Notes: generated from the sequence alone by a model not told the origin. A stretch of DNA of 64,000 nt from an uncultured Gammaproteobacteria bacterium (GCA_964536725.1 CAZHYJ010000003.1:39065-103064), one strand, 5' to 3'; numbered from the stretch's first letter, positions 36,620 through 48,369 are shown. Numbers and translations are program-made.

Positions 36620-38695
36620 ATGAGCAATAAATATCGTAAGGAGACAATTAAGGGTTTGACCCGTTCGCAGGTTAATTGGCGAGTGGCTGGGGTAATTGCA
36701 TTGACTGTTATAACTTTGGCAATCGTTTTGCCGGGGAAAGTAAATGCGGGAATTAGTTGGGTAAATTCAAAAACAAATATTGGTTTGCCGACCTTGCCAG
36801 CTAGCGGGTTTAATCTCGGTCTTGATTTACAGGGTGGTGCCCATCTTATTTATGCTGCCAACACGACTAATGTGCCAGCAAAAGATCGGGCTGATTCTGT
36901 CGAAGGTGTGCGTGATGTTATCGAGCGTCGGGTGCGTGGTGGCTTGGGTGTGGCTGAACCGATGGTACAGACTACTCGTGTAGGCGAGGAATATCGAGTG
37001 ATTGTGGAGTTGCCAGGTATAACTGATGTTAATCAAGCAATTAAAATGATCGGCGAAACTCCGGTTTTGGAATTTAAAGAAGAAAATACCGCACCACAAC
37101 GTGAACTAACCAAAGAAGAAAAGAAACAGCTGAGTGATTTTAATATTGCTGCTGAGAAAAAGGCTAAACTGGCTTTAACTGCAGTGCGTCAGGGAAAAGA
37201 TTTTGCCGCTGTAGTTACTGAGTTTTCTGAAGATGAAAAAACTAAAAATACCGGTGGTGATATTGGTTTTATTAATGATGTATCGTTGCCAGAGGTTTAT
37301 AAATGGGCAAGTACTCACAAAGATGGTGAGACCAGTAATGTTTTGGTAAAAGATGTTGATGGTTGGAATGTTGTTAAACGCTTAGGCCAAAGAGATGGTG
37401 AAAAATATGTTTCCGCTGCGCATTTATTGTTGTGTTACCAAGGTGCTGAACGTTGTGAGGGTGCGCAATATACTAAAGAGCAGGCTTTGGAAAAAATTAA
37501 AGAAATAAAGACTCAGATAACAGTTGTTAATTTTGGTGATATGGTGGCGCAATATTCAACTGAACCAGGTGCCAAAGATCGTGCTGGTGATTTGGGTAAA
37601 TTTAAATCTGGCGAGATGGTGCCAGAATTTGAGAGTGCAGCTTTCGGTATGGCAGTTGGCGCAATTTCTGATCCGGTTGAATCTCAGTTTGGTTATCATT
37701 TAATTTATAAAAAAGGTGAGGAAATTACCAAAGAATATCAGGTAGCGAGGGTTTTGGTTCGTACCAAAACTGAAGCGGATATTGTGCCGCCAGCGGAAGA
37801 GTGGAAATTTTCCGGTCTTTCCGGCAAACAATTAAAACGTGCCGAAGTAACAGAAGATATGCAGACTGGTCAGATTCAAGTTAGTTTAAATTTTGATGAG
37901 GTAGGTACCAAATTGTTTGCCGACATTACCACACGTAATGCTAATAAGTTAGTTGCGATATTTTTGGATGGTGAGGCGATTAGTATACCGCGTGTTGATG
38001 AGCCAATTTTAAGCGGAAGTGCTGTTATTTCCGGTGGTTTCACTTTAACCGAAGCCAAAATTTTAGCTCAACGTTTGAATTCAGGTGCGCTCCCAGTACC
38101 GGTGGAGATTATCAGTCAACAGACTGTTGGTGCTTCACTAGGTGCTGATTCTTTACAAAAAAGTTTTGTGGCCGGTCTTTGGGGCTTGCTTGCAGTGGTG
38201 ATCTTTGTGATTTTTTACTACCGTTTACCTGGTTTGATTGCTTCGGTTGCCTTACTTATATATGTTACATTAACTTTGGCAATCTTTAAATTGCTTGGTG
38301 TCACCCTAACTCTTTCGGGTATTGCGGGTTTTATCTTGTCTATTGGTATGGCAGTTGATGCTAATGTGTTGATTTTCGAACGTTTAAAGGAAGAGCTGAG
38401 ATTAGGCCGCAGTTTGAGCACAGCTTTGGAAGAGTCTTTCGTGCGTGCTTGGAGTTCTATCCGCGACAGTAATATCACCACTCTTATTAGTTGTGTCTTC
38501 TTATTATGGATGGGCACAGGTTTTGTTCAAGGCTTTGCCATTACTTTGGCTGTCGGTGTGTTGATGTCCATGTTCTCTGCTATTGTGATTACTCGTAATT
38601 TGATGCGCTGGATATTGGTGTGGTTTAAAAATGGTGCCAATCATCTTTTCTTAGGCTACAAAAAAGGCGAACAAAATATTGAAACTATAAAATAA
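36620..38695 (+). CDS. secD: Protein translocase subunit SecD with inserted parvulin (PpiC) domains
   Basis: LGLDLQGG and GMAVDANVLIFER; internal SED..TK..GGDIG and GDLG.F..GEMVPEFE..AF......ISDPVESQFGYHLI. Confidence 0.93.
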   Translation: MSNKYRKETIKGLTRSQVNWRVAGVIALTVITLAIVLPGKVNAGISWVNSKTNIGLPTLPASGFNLGLDLQGGAHLIYAANTTNVPAKDRADSVEGVRDVIERRVRGGLGVAEPMVQTTRVGEEYRVIVELPGITDVNQAIKMIGETPVLEFKEENTAPQRELTKEEKKQLSDFNIAAEKKAKLALTAVRQGKDFAAVVTEFSEDEKTKNTGGDIGFINDVSLPEVYKWASTHKDGETSNVLVKDVDGWNVVKRLGQRDGEKYVSAAHLLLCYQGAERCEGAQYTKEQALEKIKEIKTQITVVNFGDMVAQYSTEPGAKDRAGDLGKFKSGEMVPEFESAAFGMAVGAISDPVESQFGYHLIYKKGEEITKEYQVARVLVRTKTEADIVPPAEEWKFSGLSGKQLKRAEVTEDMQTGQIQVSLNFDEVGTKLFADITTRNANKLVAIFLDGEAISIPRVDEPILSGSAVISGGFTLTEAKILAQRLNSGALPVPVEIISQQTVGASLGADSLQKSFVAGLWGLLAVVIFVIFYYRLPGLIASVALLIYVTLTLAIFKLLGVTLTLSGIAGFILSIGMAVDANVLIFERLKEELRLGRSLSTALEESFVRAWSSIRDSNITTLISCVFLLWMGTGFVQGFAITLAVGVLMSMFSAIVITRNLMRWILVWFKNGANHLFLGYKKGEQNIETIK

Positions 38696-38702
38696 TTTAG
38701 AT

Positions 38703-39614
38703 ATGTTTATTCCTTTTATAAAGTATTCAAAGTTGTGGATTGCGATTGCTTCGGCAGTGAGTTTAATCTGTTTGTCTTTGGTTGTTGTGTGGGGTTTGAA
38801 ACCAGGAATTGATTTTACTGGCGGATCGCTACTTGAAACTTCGTATTCGACTACTCGGCCGACAATTGCTGAAATGCAAAACTATTTAGTGGAGAAAGGG
38901 ATCAAGAATGCTGTCGTTCAACCGATAGGTGATCATTCTTTGGTGGTTCGTACTGGATTTTTGAACGAAGACGAACACCAGAAAGTCTTGACGGATGTTA
39001 AAGAAAAATTCGCTGTTGATGGTAATGTGGTCAAAGAGGAGCGTTTTGAAACTGTCGGTGCTTCAGTGAGTCAACAACTTCGTCAGCGTGCTCTGTGGGC
39101 CATAATTTTGGTGTCTTTAGGTATTGTGGCCTATGTGGCCTATGCTTTTCGCCATGTTTCTCGTCCAGTTGCCAGTTGGAAATATGGTGCTTTAGCGGTA
39201 GTTGCTTTGATTCATGATTTGCTTTTAGTAATGGGTGTCTTTGCTATTTTGGGCTATTTTAGAGGTATAGAAGTTGATACTGCTTTTGTGGTGGCACTTT
39301 TGACTGTACTTGGTTATTCTGTCAACGATACAATCGTGGTGTTCGACCGGGTGCGTGAAAATCTATTACGCCACCGTTCTGATGATTTCAGTGAGACTGT
39401 AAATATTGGTTTAAATCAAACCTTAATGCGTTCGATTAACACCACTCTAACCACGTTGTTCCCATTATTTGCTTTATACTTCTTAGGTGGTTCTACTATC
39501 CATAATTTTGTCTTAGCGCTTTTAATTGGTATTGCTTCTGGTGCTTATTCTTCGATCTTTATCGCCAGTCCGTTGTTGGTAATGGTGGAGAAATGGCAAA
39601 GACGAAACGCCTAG
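38703..39614 (+). CDS. secF: Protein translocase subunit SecF
   Basis: GIDFTGG, GYSVNDTIVVFDRVRE and RSINT motifs. Confidence 0.96.
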   Translation: MFIPFIKYSKLWIAIASAVSLICLSLVVVWGLKPGIDFTGGSLLETSYSTTRPTIAEMQNYLVEKGIKNAVVQPIGDHSLVVRTGFLNEDEHQKVLTDVKEKFAVDGNVVKEERFETVGASVSQQLRQRALWAIILVSLGIVAYVAYAFRHVSRPVASWKYGALAVVALIHDLLLVMGVFAILGYFRGIEVDTAFVVALLTVLGYSVNDTIVVFDRVRENLLRHRSDDFSETVNIGLNQTLMRSINTTLTTLFPLFALYFLGGSTIHNFVLALLIGIASGAYSSIFIASPLLVMVEKWQRRNA

Positions 39615-39629
39615 TTTTTTACGATGTTT

Positions 39630-39660
39630 AAACCCCAAGTTTTCGGCCTGGGGTTTTTTA
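39630..39660 (+). terminator. Intrinsic terminator after secF
   Basis: aaacccca...tggggttttttt. Confidence 0.7.
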
Positions 39661-39707
39661 ATTTCTGATTATTTGGTATAATAGATATATCTTAAATTTA
39701 TTATAGT

Positions 39708-39869
39708 ATGTCCGAAAATATCGTTCGTCATCTTGTTGCCTTGGCCGCCACTATTATCTGTGCTTTAGCCTATTATGCTGGTTATGTTTCAGGTATACGA
39801 GGTTGGTGGTGGACAATATTCTCCGTGGTTGTAGTCTATGGAGGTATTTATCGTTTAATAAATAAATAG
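39708..39869 (+). CDS. 53-aa two-TM protein (unannotated)
   Basis: MSENIVRHLVALAATIICALAYYAGYVSGIRGWWWTIFSVVVVYGGIYRLINK; stop lies 4 bp before the next gene. Confidence 0.65.
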   Translation: MSENIVRHLVALAATIICALAYYAGYVSGIRGWWWTIFSVVVVYGGIYRLINK

Positions 39870-39873
39870 TTTT

Positions 39874-41298
39874 ATGCCGTTGGTATTGGCGACTCCATTT
39901 GGTTTTAGTATTGATCTGACTTTCTGGGCAGAGTTATTTTCGCAACCAACAGTTGATATTATTAACTCTCTTTATGCGATTGTAGGATGGACAATACTAG
40001 CTCTGGTATTTTTCTTTATGGGCAGTGAGTTGTGGGTTGGTTATCGCACTACTTTATATACCAAAAAATGGCAATGGGTGGTTTTGGCAGTAGATGTTCC
40101 TCCTCTTTATATCCAGTCTCCCAAAGCGGTAGAGCAGATTTTTGCGCATTTAAGTGGTGCTAAGGTTAGTGTTAATCTTTGGCAAAAATATTGGATAGGA
40201 AAAAAACAAAAATGGTTTAGTCTTGAAATCGTGAGTTTGGAGGGGTATATTCAGTTTTTAATTCGTTGTGAAGCAGAATATCGTGATTTGGTAGAAGCAG
40301 CAATTTACGCGCAGTATGCAGAGGCGGAAATTACTGAAGTGGAAGATTATGTTGGAATCTTGGCGGATAGTTATCCCAATGATAAGACCGATATTTACGG
40401 CTTGGAATTTAGTTTGGCTGATCATGATGCGTTTCCAATTCGGACCTATCCGAGTTTTGAATATAGTATGAGTAAGGATGTGGTTTTTTCTGATCCGATG
40501 GCGGCGATTTTGGAAAACTTTAGTCGCATTGGTAAAGGAGAGAATTTGCTTTTGCAAATTATTGTTGAGCCTACCAGTAATGCTTGGAAAGAAAAAGGAA
40601 TTGAGCTGGTAAAGAAACTGATAGCTAACAAAAAAGAAGCGCCAAAAAGTTCGATAATTACAACAATTGGCCAGATACCAAAATTATTAGCACAAGAAGC
40701 GATTAATATCTGGGACTGGAATTTTGAGCCAACAGAAAGGGACGCGGTAAAAGAAGTAGCAGGTAAAGTATCTGATCTTTCTCCTGGGGGGAAAGACACG
40801 TTGCAAGCGATTGAGGATAAAATTTCTAAAATTGGTTTTAAGACTAAGATTCGGTTGTTATATACAGCCAATAACGAAGTGTTTAATCCTAGTCGTTGTG
40901 TTGATGGTTTTGTTGGTGCGTTGAATCAGTTCAGTGTGATGAGTCGTAATGCGATTGTTCCTCACGACGATACTGTGGCGCATTATGCCTTTAGCAACTA
41001 TCGCACACTTGCCAAAAAAGCACTGTGTGTAGGTGCTTATAAAAAACGTAAATTAAAAACTGGTGGTAATCCATATATTTTGAATATTGAAGAATTGGCG
41101 ACTATCTGGCATTTCCCATTACCGTTTGTAAAGACACCGTTGTTGCAGAAGGCAGAAACCAAGCGCGGCGAACCACCAATGAATTTACCGTTGGAAGTAA
41201 GCGACGCTGGTTCAAGAATGAAAAAGATTACACCGGCAACAGAGGGGAAGCCAGAAGGAAATTTGCCGGAGCCGCCAGCGGACTTACCTTATGCCTAA
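39874..41298 (+). CDS. Conserved membrane protein paralogous to the N-terminal half of the ATPase at 50471-53023
   Basis: Shared S.EIV, I.AQY..A.I, FP..TY, DP..AI and N.EE....WH.P motifs. Confidence 0.75.
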   Translation: MPLVLATPFGFSIDLTFWAELFSQPTVDIINSLYAIVGWTILALVFFFMGSELWVGYRTTLYTKKWQWVVLAVDVPPLYIQSPKAVEQIFAHLSGAKVSVNLWQKYWIGKKQKWFSLEIVSLEGYIQFLIRCEAEYRDLVEAAIYAQYAEAEITEVEDYVGILADSYPNDKTDIYGLEFSLADHDAFPIRTYPSFEYSMSKDVVFSDPMAAILENFSRIGKGENLLLQIIVEPTSNAWKEKGIELVKKLIANKKEAPKSSIITTIGQIPKLLAQEAINIWDWNFEPTERDAVKEVAGKVSDLSPGGKDTLQAIEDKISKIGFKTKIRLLYTANNEVFNPSRCVDGFVGALNQFSVMSRNAIVPHDDTVAHYAFSNYRTLAKKALCVGAYKKRKLKTGGNPYILNIEELATIWHFPLPFVKTPLLQKAETKRGEPPMNLPLEVSDAGSRMKKITPATEGKPEGNLPEPPADLPYA

Positions 41299-41301
41299 AA
41301 C

Positions 41302-41330
41302 AAAAATCCCGATTTTACTCGGGATTTTTT
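41302..41330. terminator. Bidirectional terminator
   Basis: aaaaatcccga-ttttac-tcgggattttt. Confidence 0.75.
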
Positions 41331-41705
41331 TGTGTTTGAATTTGAGTGGTGAGTTGTCGTATGTATTCGTATCCTCCGACCAAAACTGTGGTGTAAAAAA
41401 TGTCGGCCATTAATTGGTTGCGAAAGAAGGGGAGGGCGGCGAAATAGCTGGTGAATAATCCGGTTAGGTTTGCCGGATACATTGTGCCAAATGCCCATAC
41501 TGCCCAGTTGGTGACAAGAAAGAATATTGTCGAACCAACGACTGTGCCGGTGGCGATTTTTTTCCAACCCTTTTCTTGGGTGGTGTAACCGATTACGGCC
41601 ATTAAAGTGAAGGATAAATAGACTGAGAGCATGATGGGGAGACCATAGAAGCCAATAAACAGGTCGCTGACGAGCATGGCGATGAGTGGAATGGTTAGGG
41701 CGTAT

Positions 41706-43475
<1,770 letters not shown>

Positions 43476-43540
43476 ATTTGAGATGAATGAGAGAAATGAA
43501 AAATGCTTTTTCATTTCCGAGTGAATGAGAATATGTCGCT

Positions 43541-44068
43541 TTAGCGAATGTATTTCCATTCTATTATATCCCCCTGAATTAGTTTGTAATTTGAAATACC
43601 AATTTGAGCAGTTTGGCCGTTGATGTAATAGATCCAATATTTTCCGTTGCCTGGGTCGTTTTTTATACCGTTGATCTCATCAACGAAAAACCCAAGTGAG
43701 GAGTATTCTTTGCCAGAGAACATGAAGGGTTGTTCAGAGCGAGCGGTTAGTTGGCGCATGGCTTCGAGCAGTGTTGTGTCTGGCTGGAATTTCAAGGTAT
43801 ATGTGCGGTCAGAAGTTTTTAGAGTGGCGGTCAGTTGTTCTGGGGCAGATTCAGTAGTTACGGTAGTAGGGGTGTAATTTGCTTTGATTGTCGAGCTTTG
43901 AAGCGGTGGGGGCAAATTTACCTGCTCAGAGCTTGTGTGAGGTGTTTTAGGGGGTGATGCCGGGGTTTTTGTGTGGTCGGGTATGAGGAGATAGGCGATG
44001 CTTGTGAAGGTGACAAATATCAAGAGGATAAAAAGGCGAATTAGTATTGGGGGGATTGGTTTTTGCAT
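43541..44068 (-). CDS. DUF4430 / transcobalamin C-terminal-like membrane-anchored protein
   Basis: LGFFVDEINGIKN.....YWIYYING..AQIG..NY.L..GD.IEWKY. Confidence 0.88.
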   Translation of the reverse strand: MQKPIPPILIRLFILLIFVTFTSIAYLLIPDHTKTPASPPKTPHTSSEQVNLPPPLQSSTIKANYTPTTVTTESAPEQLTATLKTSDRTYTLKFQPDTTLLEAMRQLTARSEQPFMFSGKEYSSLGFFVDEINGIKNDPGNGKYWIYYINGQTAQIGISNYKLIQGDIIEWKYIR

Positions 44069-44074
44069 ATATAA

Positions 44075-44258
44075 TAAAAAATTTCTACCTGAGCAGAAAT
44101 TATTAAAGTCACCAACGGTGCTATCCTGCTCGGGTTTACCTCGCCAAAGCTAGAATAGCGTAGGCGGGGTTTATCTGAAGACCGGACTAATCCCGATATG
44201 ATCGGAATATTACCGTTGCGGCACAGTGCAGGAATTTAACCTGACTTCCACAGATAAA
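44075..44258 (-). promoter_or_regulatory. Cobalamin riboswitch (short type) with expression platform
   Basis: Minus strand GGAA-gtcaggttaaattcctg-cactgtgccgcaacggtaa...agtccgg, closed by tttatctg/cagataaa; downstream gagcagga/ttctgctc stem. Confidence 0.88.
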
Positions 44259-44280
44259 ATTTAAATTGTAACGTAACGTA

Positions 44281-44309
44281 ATGATACCGCTTCGTTGGTT
44301 GGGCGTCAA
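44281..44309 (-). promoter_or_regulatory. Promoter of the B12 operon
   Basis: Minus strand TTGACG-17 bp-TATCAT. Confidence 0.7.
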
Positions 44310-44414
44310 ATTTTGGTTATCCACAGCCTGTGCCTGGTTATATTCTGGGCTTTTTTGTTTGACCAACAAGGTATAATCGTGGTATAAAAAAATAGCCACA
44401 AACGGGGTCGTATT

Positions 44415-44570
44415 ATGCGAAACGCACGAGGGGGCAAGGCGTTCAAGCGTAGGAACAAGGAAAAGAAGAAACCGAAGAAGGTTTCTACCGCTCCGAAGCC
44501 GCACGTCTGCGAAAGGACGAGCGACTCCGCCTTGAACTGCCGCTTCTGCGGCAAGTACACACCCCGATAA
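44415..44570 (+). CDS. 51-aa basic protein with an HxC...CxxC motif (unannotated)
   Basis: MRNARGGKAFKRRNKEKKKPKKVSTAPKPHVCERTSDSALNCRFCGKYTPR; promoter-like sequence upstream and hairpins downstream. Confidence 0.55.
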   Translation: MRNARGGKAFKRRNKEKKKPKKVSTAPKPHVCERTSDSALNCRFCGKYTPR

Positions 44571-44674
44571 CCTGGCATGGGAGTGAACCGTGGAGAGGAT
44601 TTCACGCCCATCACGCGTCATCCGAGACCAATCGGGTGGCGCGTTCTTCTTTCAAAAGGTCAGTCATTTTATAT

Positions 44675-45604
44675 ATGAACTGGTTCGATAAAAAACCCAT
44701 TATCGCTTTAGCGCCAATGGCTGATCTAACTGACAGTCCTTTTTGTCGTATTTGTCGCGAAGTGAGCGGTGATGATTTTGTAATCTTTCGAGAAATGGTG
44801 AGTGCTGAGGCGTTGGTGCGAGATAACGCTAAAACTTTAAAAATGTGTGAGTTCGACAAAGAAGAAAGACCAATTGTAATTCAGATATTTGGTGGTGATC
44901 CAGGCAATATCGCTGCTTCGGCAGAGTTGATAGTAAACAAATTTAAACCTGACGGAATTGATATAAATATGGGTTGTCCTGTACCAAAGATTGCCGGACG
45001 GTCTCATGCTGGTGCGGCACTTTTAAAAGATCATGAACGTGCAATCAAAATTATCACCACTTTGAAAGCAAAAAACTTGGGCGTGCCCATTTCTGTAAAA
45101 ACCCGTTTGGGATGGGGGAGTGATAGTGAAATTTTGGAATTTGCACCTAAATTAGAGCAGGCTGGTGCTGATGTTTTGACTATTCATGGTCGTACTAAGG
45201 TGCAAGGATATTCGGGCGCTGCCAATTGGGAGATGATTGGGAAGGTAAAAAATATTTTATCCATTCCAGTGATTGCCAATGGTGATGTATCCAGCGTGGA
45301 AGATATTAAAAGGTGTTTGGAAATAACAAGAGCAGACGGAGTAATGATTGGGCGGGCAGCTTTGGGCAATCCGTGGATTTTTGGCGGGCGTGTTCCAGAT
45401 TTGGAAGAGATTAAAAAAGTAGTTTTGCGACATGCGAAATTGCATGTCGAACATTACGGCGAAGAATTTGGTTTAACCGCATTTCGAAAACATTTACTTT
45501 CATATTTTAAGGGGTTACCAAATATCGCCAAGTGGCGAGTGATGTTAGCACAAGTGAAAGACCAAAAACAATTAGGAGAAATATTAAAAAAAATCCCTGA
45601 GTAG
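44675..45604 (+). CDS. dusB: tRNA-dihydrouridine synthase
   Basis: LAPMA, IDINMGCP, HGRT and GVMIGRA motifs. Confidence 0.92.
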   Translation: MNWFDKKPIIALAPMADLTDSPFCRICREVSGDDFVIFREMVSAEALVRDNAKTLKMCEFDKEERPIVIQIFGGDPGNIAASAELIVNKFKPDGIDINMGCPVPKIAGRSHAGAALLKDHERAIKIITTLKAKNLGVPISVKTRLGWGSDSEILEFAPKLEQAGADVLTIHGRTKVQGYSGAANWEMIGKVKNILSIPVIANGDVSSVEDIKRCLEITRADGVMIGRAALGNPWIFGGRVPDLEEIKKVVLRHAKLHVEHYGEEFGLTAFRKHLLSYFKGLPNIAKWRVMLAQVKDQKQLGEILKKIPE

Positions 45605-45625
45605 GGATTTTTTGAATCGTGTTTT

Positions 45626-45805
45626 TTATCGATATCCAGTATCTTTCCACACACTTTCTTTTTTATCTTCGTCAGGTGGTGCCCATTTAAATTCCGGTTT
45701 TTTCTCTGGCCCTACAACGGGTTGTGCTTCCGTTTTAGGTTTTCCATTCATTTCTTCGGGAGTGAACAGTTCTCCCTGTCCCTCTTTTGGTGGATTGTTA
45801 GACAT
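45626..45805 (-). CDS. 59-aa hydrophilic protein (unannotated)
   Basis: MSNNPPKEGQGELFTPEE...WKDTGYR; its ATG overlaps the end of the upstream gene. Confidence 0.55.
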   Translation of the reverse strand: MSNNPPKEGQGELFTPEEMNGKPKTEAQPVVGPEKKPEFKWAPPDEDKKESVWKDTGYR

Positions 45806-46511
45806 ATTTTTTAAACTTTAACTTTATTATCGTTAGAAAAAATTCCACAATATCTTTGGTGGACAATTTGGATTGTCCCACCTTTCTATCAGTAAATATA
45901 ACGGGAATTTCTTTGGTTGTAAAGCCCTGTTTTTCCACACGGTAGAGCAGTTCTTCTTGAAAGGCATAGCCGTTACTAGAAATATTGTCTAATCGGATTG
46001 CCTCTAAGACCTGTCTGCGGTAACAGCGGAAACCGGCAGTGACGTCATGAACTTTTAATCCTAACACCAGTCGCGATAAAAACATTGCACCGTTACTCAT
46101 CATTTTTCTTTTCCAGTTCCAGCCAATGATTCCACCGCTAGTAATTTTACGTGATCCGATGCTCATGTCCGCCCCTTCGCTACAAGCCAAAATTAATTTT
46201 GGAACGTCGGTGGGGTTGTGGGAAAAATCGGCGTCCATTTCCATAATCAGATCGGCGCCTAGCTCTAGCGCTTTTTTAAATCCGGCAATGTAGGCCGAGC
46301 CGAGGCCGGATTTTTTTTCACGTTTGATTAAATGGAGAGATAGAGGATAGATAGTTTGCCAATCAGTTACAATTTGTGCGGTGTGGTCAGGAGAGTTATC
46401 GTCCACCACAATTATTTCTAAATCGTTTGGGATAATATTAAAAATTGTCGGAATTAACTTGGCAATGTTTTCTCGTTCGTTATAGGTGGGAACAACGATT
46501 ATCGTTTTCAT
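45798..46511 (-). CDS. Polyprenol-phosphate mannosyltransferase (DPM1-like GT2)
   Basis: VPTYNEREN, VDDNSPD, MDADFSH and TAGFRCY motifs. Confidence 0.92.
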   Translation of the reverse strand: MKTIIVVPTYNERENIAKLIPTIFNIIPNDLEIIVVDDNSPDHTAQIVTDWQTIYPLSLHLIKREKKSGLGSAYIAGFKKALELGADLIMEMDADFSHNPTDVPKLILACSEGADMSIGSRKITSGGIIGWNWKRKMMSNGAMFLSRLVLGLKVHDVTAGFRCYRRQVLEAIRLDNISSNGYAFQEELLYRVEKQGFTTKEIPVIFTDRKVGQSKLSTKDIVEFFLTIIKLKFKKYV

Positions 46512-46523
46512 GTATTTCTCTGT

Positions 46524-47369
46524 CTATTTCTGTCGGCGCTTGGCGCAGATGAGGGTGTTGCGCAAAAGCAGTGCCACGGTAATTGGTCCGATGCCACCAG
46601 GTGTAGGAGTGAGATAAGAACATTTTTCTAAAATTTCTGGACGGTTGACATCGCCATACATTTTTCCGTTTTCGAAAGCGATACCAGTGTCAACGATAAT
46701 CGTGCCCAGTCGAATCATGTCACCGCGTAATAAATCTTTTTTTCCGACAGCGGTAACAACAATGTCAGCTTCAAGACATTTTTCTTTGGTATTGTTAGTG
46801 CGGCTATTACAAGTAATTACTGAGGCACCAGCGTTCATCATCATGATGGCAAGCGGGCGACCAACTAGTGCACCAGTGCCAACAATAGTAACATTTTTTC
46901 CTTTTAAATTAACTTTAATAGTTTGTAAAACTTCCAGCACCGCCGTTGGGGTGGGTGGGGTAAGCCAGCTAGTTCCCATTACCAATTTACCAGTATTGGT
47001 GTCGGTCATGCAGTCTACATCCAATTCGGGGTCGATAGCGTTTAAAACATCGGGAGTATACAATCTTTCGGGTAGTGGTAGTTGTACGATAAGTCCAGAT
47101 ATTTTTTTGTTTTTTTGAATCTCTTTTATTTTCTTTACCAACACAATTTTGGAAACAGAAGCAGGGAAGTGATATAGCACAAATTCCATTCCGACCTGTT
47201 CGGCGGCTTCCTGTTTCTTGCGTATGTAAGTAGCGGACGGTTTGTTGTTGCCAACAAAAACTACCGCCAATTTTGGGGTGAATCCATGCTTTTTGAGTGC
47301 TGCAACAGCTCGAGCGGTTTGTTTGTTGATGTCTGCAGCGATTTGTTTTCCATTAATCAAAATACCCAT
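46524..47369 (-). CDS. folD: Methylenetetrahydrofolate dehydrogenase/cyclohydrolase
   Basis: YIRKK, VQLPLP, VGRP and TPTPGGIGPITVALL motifs. Confidence 0.94.
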   Translation of the reverse strand: MGILINGKQIAADINKQTARAVAALKKHGFTPKLAVVFVGNNKPSATYIRKKQEAAEQVGMEFVLYHFPASVSKIVLVKKIKEIQKNKKISGLIVQLPLPERLYTPDVLNAIDPELDVDCMTDTNTGKLVMGTSWLTPPTPTAVLEVLQTIKVNLKGKNVTIVGTGALVGRPLAIMMMNAGASVITCNSRTNNTKEKCLEADIVVTAVGKKDLLRGDMIRLGTIIVDTGIAFENGKMYGDVNRPEILEKCSYLTPTPGGIGPITVALLLRNTLICAKRRQK

Positions 47370-47503
47370 AGTGATCGCATTCTATCATAAATATGGGGAA
47401 AAATCAACTTGTTTTGGGAGGGTTGACAAAACGAGTATTTTTTTTAAAACTAGGCTAGTTCCTTGATATTTTCAATGGTGGTTTTTCCAACTGTGGAGGG
47501 GAT

Positions 47504-48298
47504 ATGCTTTACACTCTGGGCGATGGTGGCCTGGTGCAGACCCCCTTTACGGTGGTCGGCGCAGCACAGGCAAGTGGTATCTACTGCGAGTTTGTTCGTG
47601 TTCATCACATGGTGGATGGTGTGCATGATGAGTCTAGACTCGGTGAGTCGGCCATCATCCGTCGCGGTCAGCGAATCGGGGCTAGTATGGGAGAGGAAGG
47701 CGTCAGTGCTTTTCGTGCGGTCGCTCACCTGTTCGCAGAACAGGAGGCGGATCGCAAGTATAAGCACGTCGTGATTTTTCCGCTGGCCGGTCGCTGGTTT
47801 AGCTATGAAGCCGATGGCCACTGGAAGGAGTGGATCGACTGTGATAGCGGCTGGTGTGATAATGCGGTGCTGATCCGCGTTTTTACTACCACAGAGGTGG
47901 AAGGAAAAACGTACAGGATCACCAGCTCTGCCCCGTTTGAAAGAAAGGGACAGGTTTTCAGAGCGAGTGGGCTCGTCGACATGTGTGGAAGCGCTATTGT
48001 TGACGACTACTCAATCTTCGCAGCGGCCCGAGAGTTCGGGTGGTTGTTGAATGCCGAAGAAAAAAAGGCGTTCTGGTTGTGGGGGTTGACGCTGCCTCGC
48101 GACCTGACGCCCTACGACCTGGCGATCTGCCGGTCGATCTGCGGATTCGCCTCCGCGGAAAAGGTCTTTCACTCCTTCGTGTCCACGACCACTACGGTCT
48201 GGATGGACTACAGACTGGAAGACCTGCGGCGCGTTCGTACCGATGCTGCTGACCTGAGCGCGCCTCGTAGGCCGCTTCTGGTCCTCCATCGACACTAG
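47504..48298 (+). CDS. GC-rich orphan hypothetical protein
   Basis: 264-aa ORF preceded by TTGACA and ggaggg, followed by a GC-rich hairpin. Confidence 0.6.
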   Translation: MLYTLGDGGLVQTPFTVVGAAQASGIYCEFVRVHHMVDGVHDESRLGESAIIRRGQRIGASMGEEGVSAFRAVAHLFAEQEADRKYKHVVIFPLAGRWFSYEADGHWKEWIDCDSGWCDNAVLIRVFTTTEVEGKTYRITSSAPFERKGQVFRASGLVDMCGSAIVDDYSIFAAAREFGWLLNAEEKKAFWLWGLTLPRDLTPYDLAICRSICGFASAEKVFHSFVSTTTTVWMDYRLEDLRRVRTDAADLSAPRRPLLVLHRH

Positions 48299-48369
48299 CA
48301 GGGCTTGGGGGTCTTCGGACCCCCGGCCCTGTCCTACCTCAATATTAAGAAAAATTAACTTATATTATA

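Noticed and set aside
44187-44621. 144-aa and 102-aa minus-strand ORFs
   Set aside because: They overlap the riboswitch, its promoter and a better-supported plus-strand small ORF.
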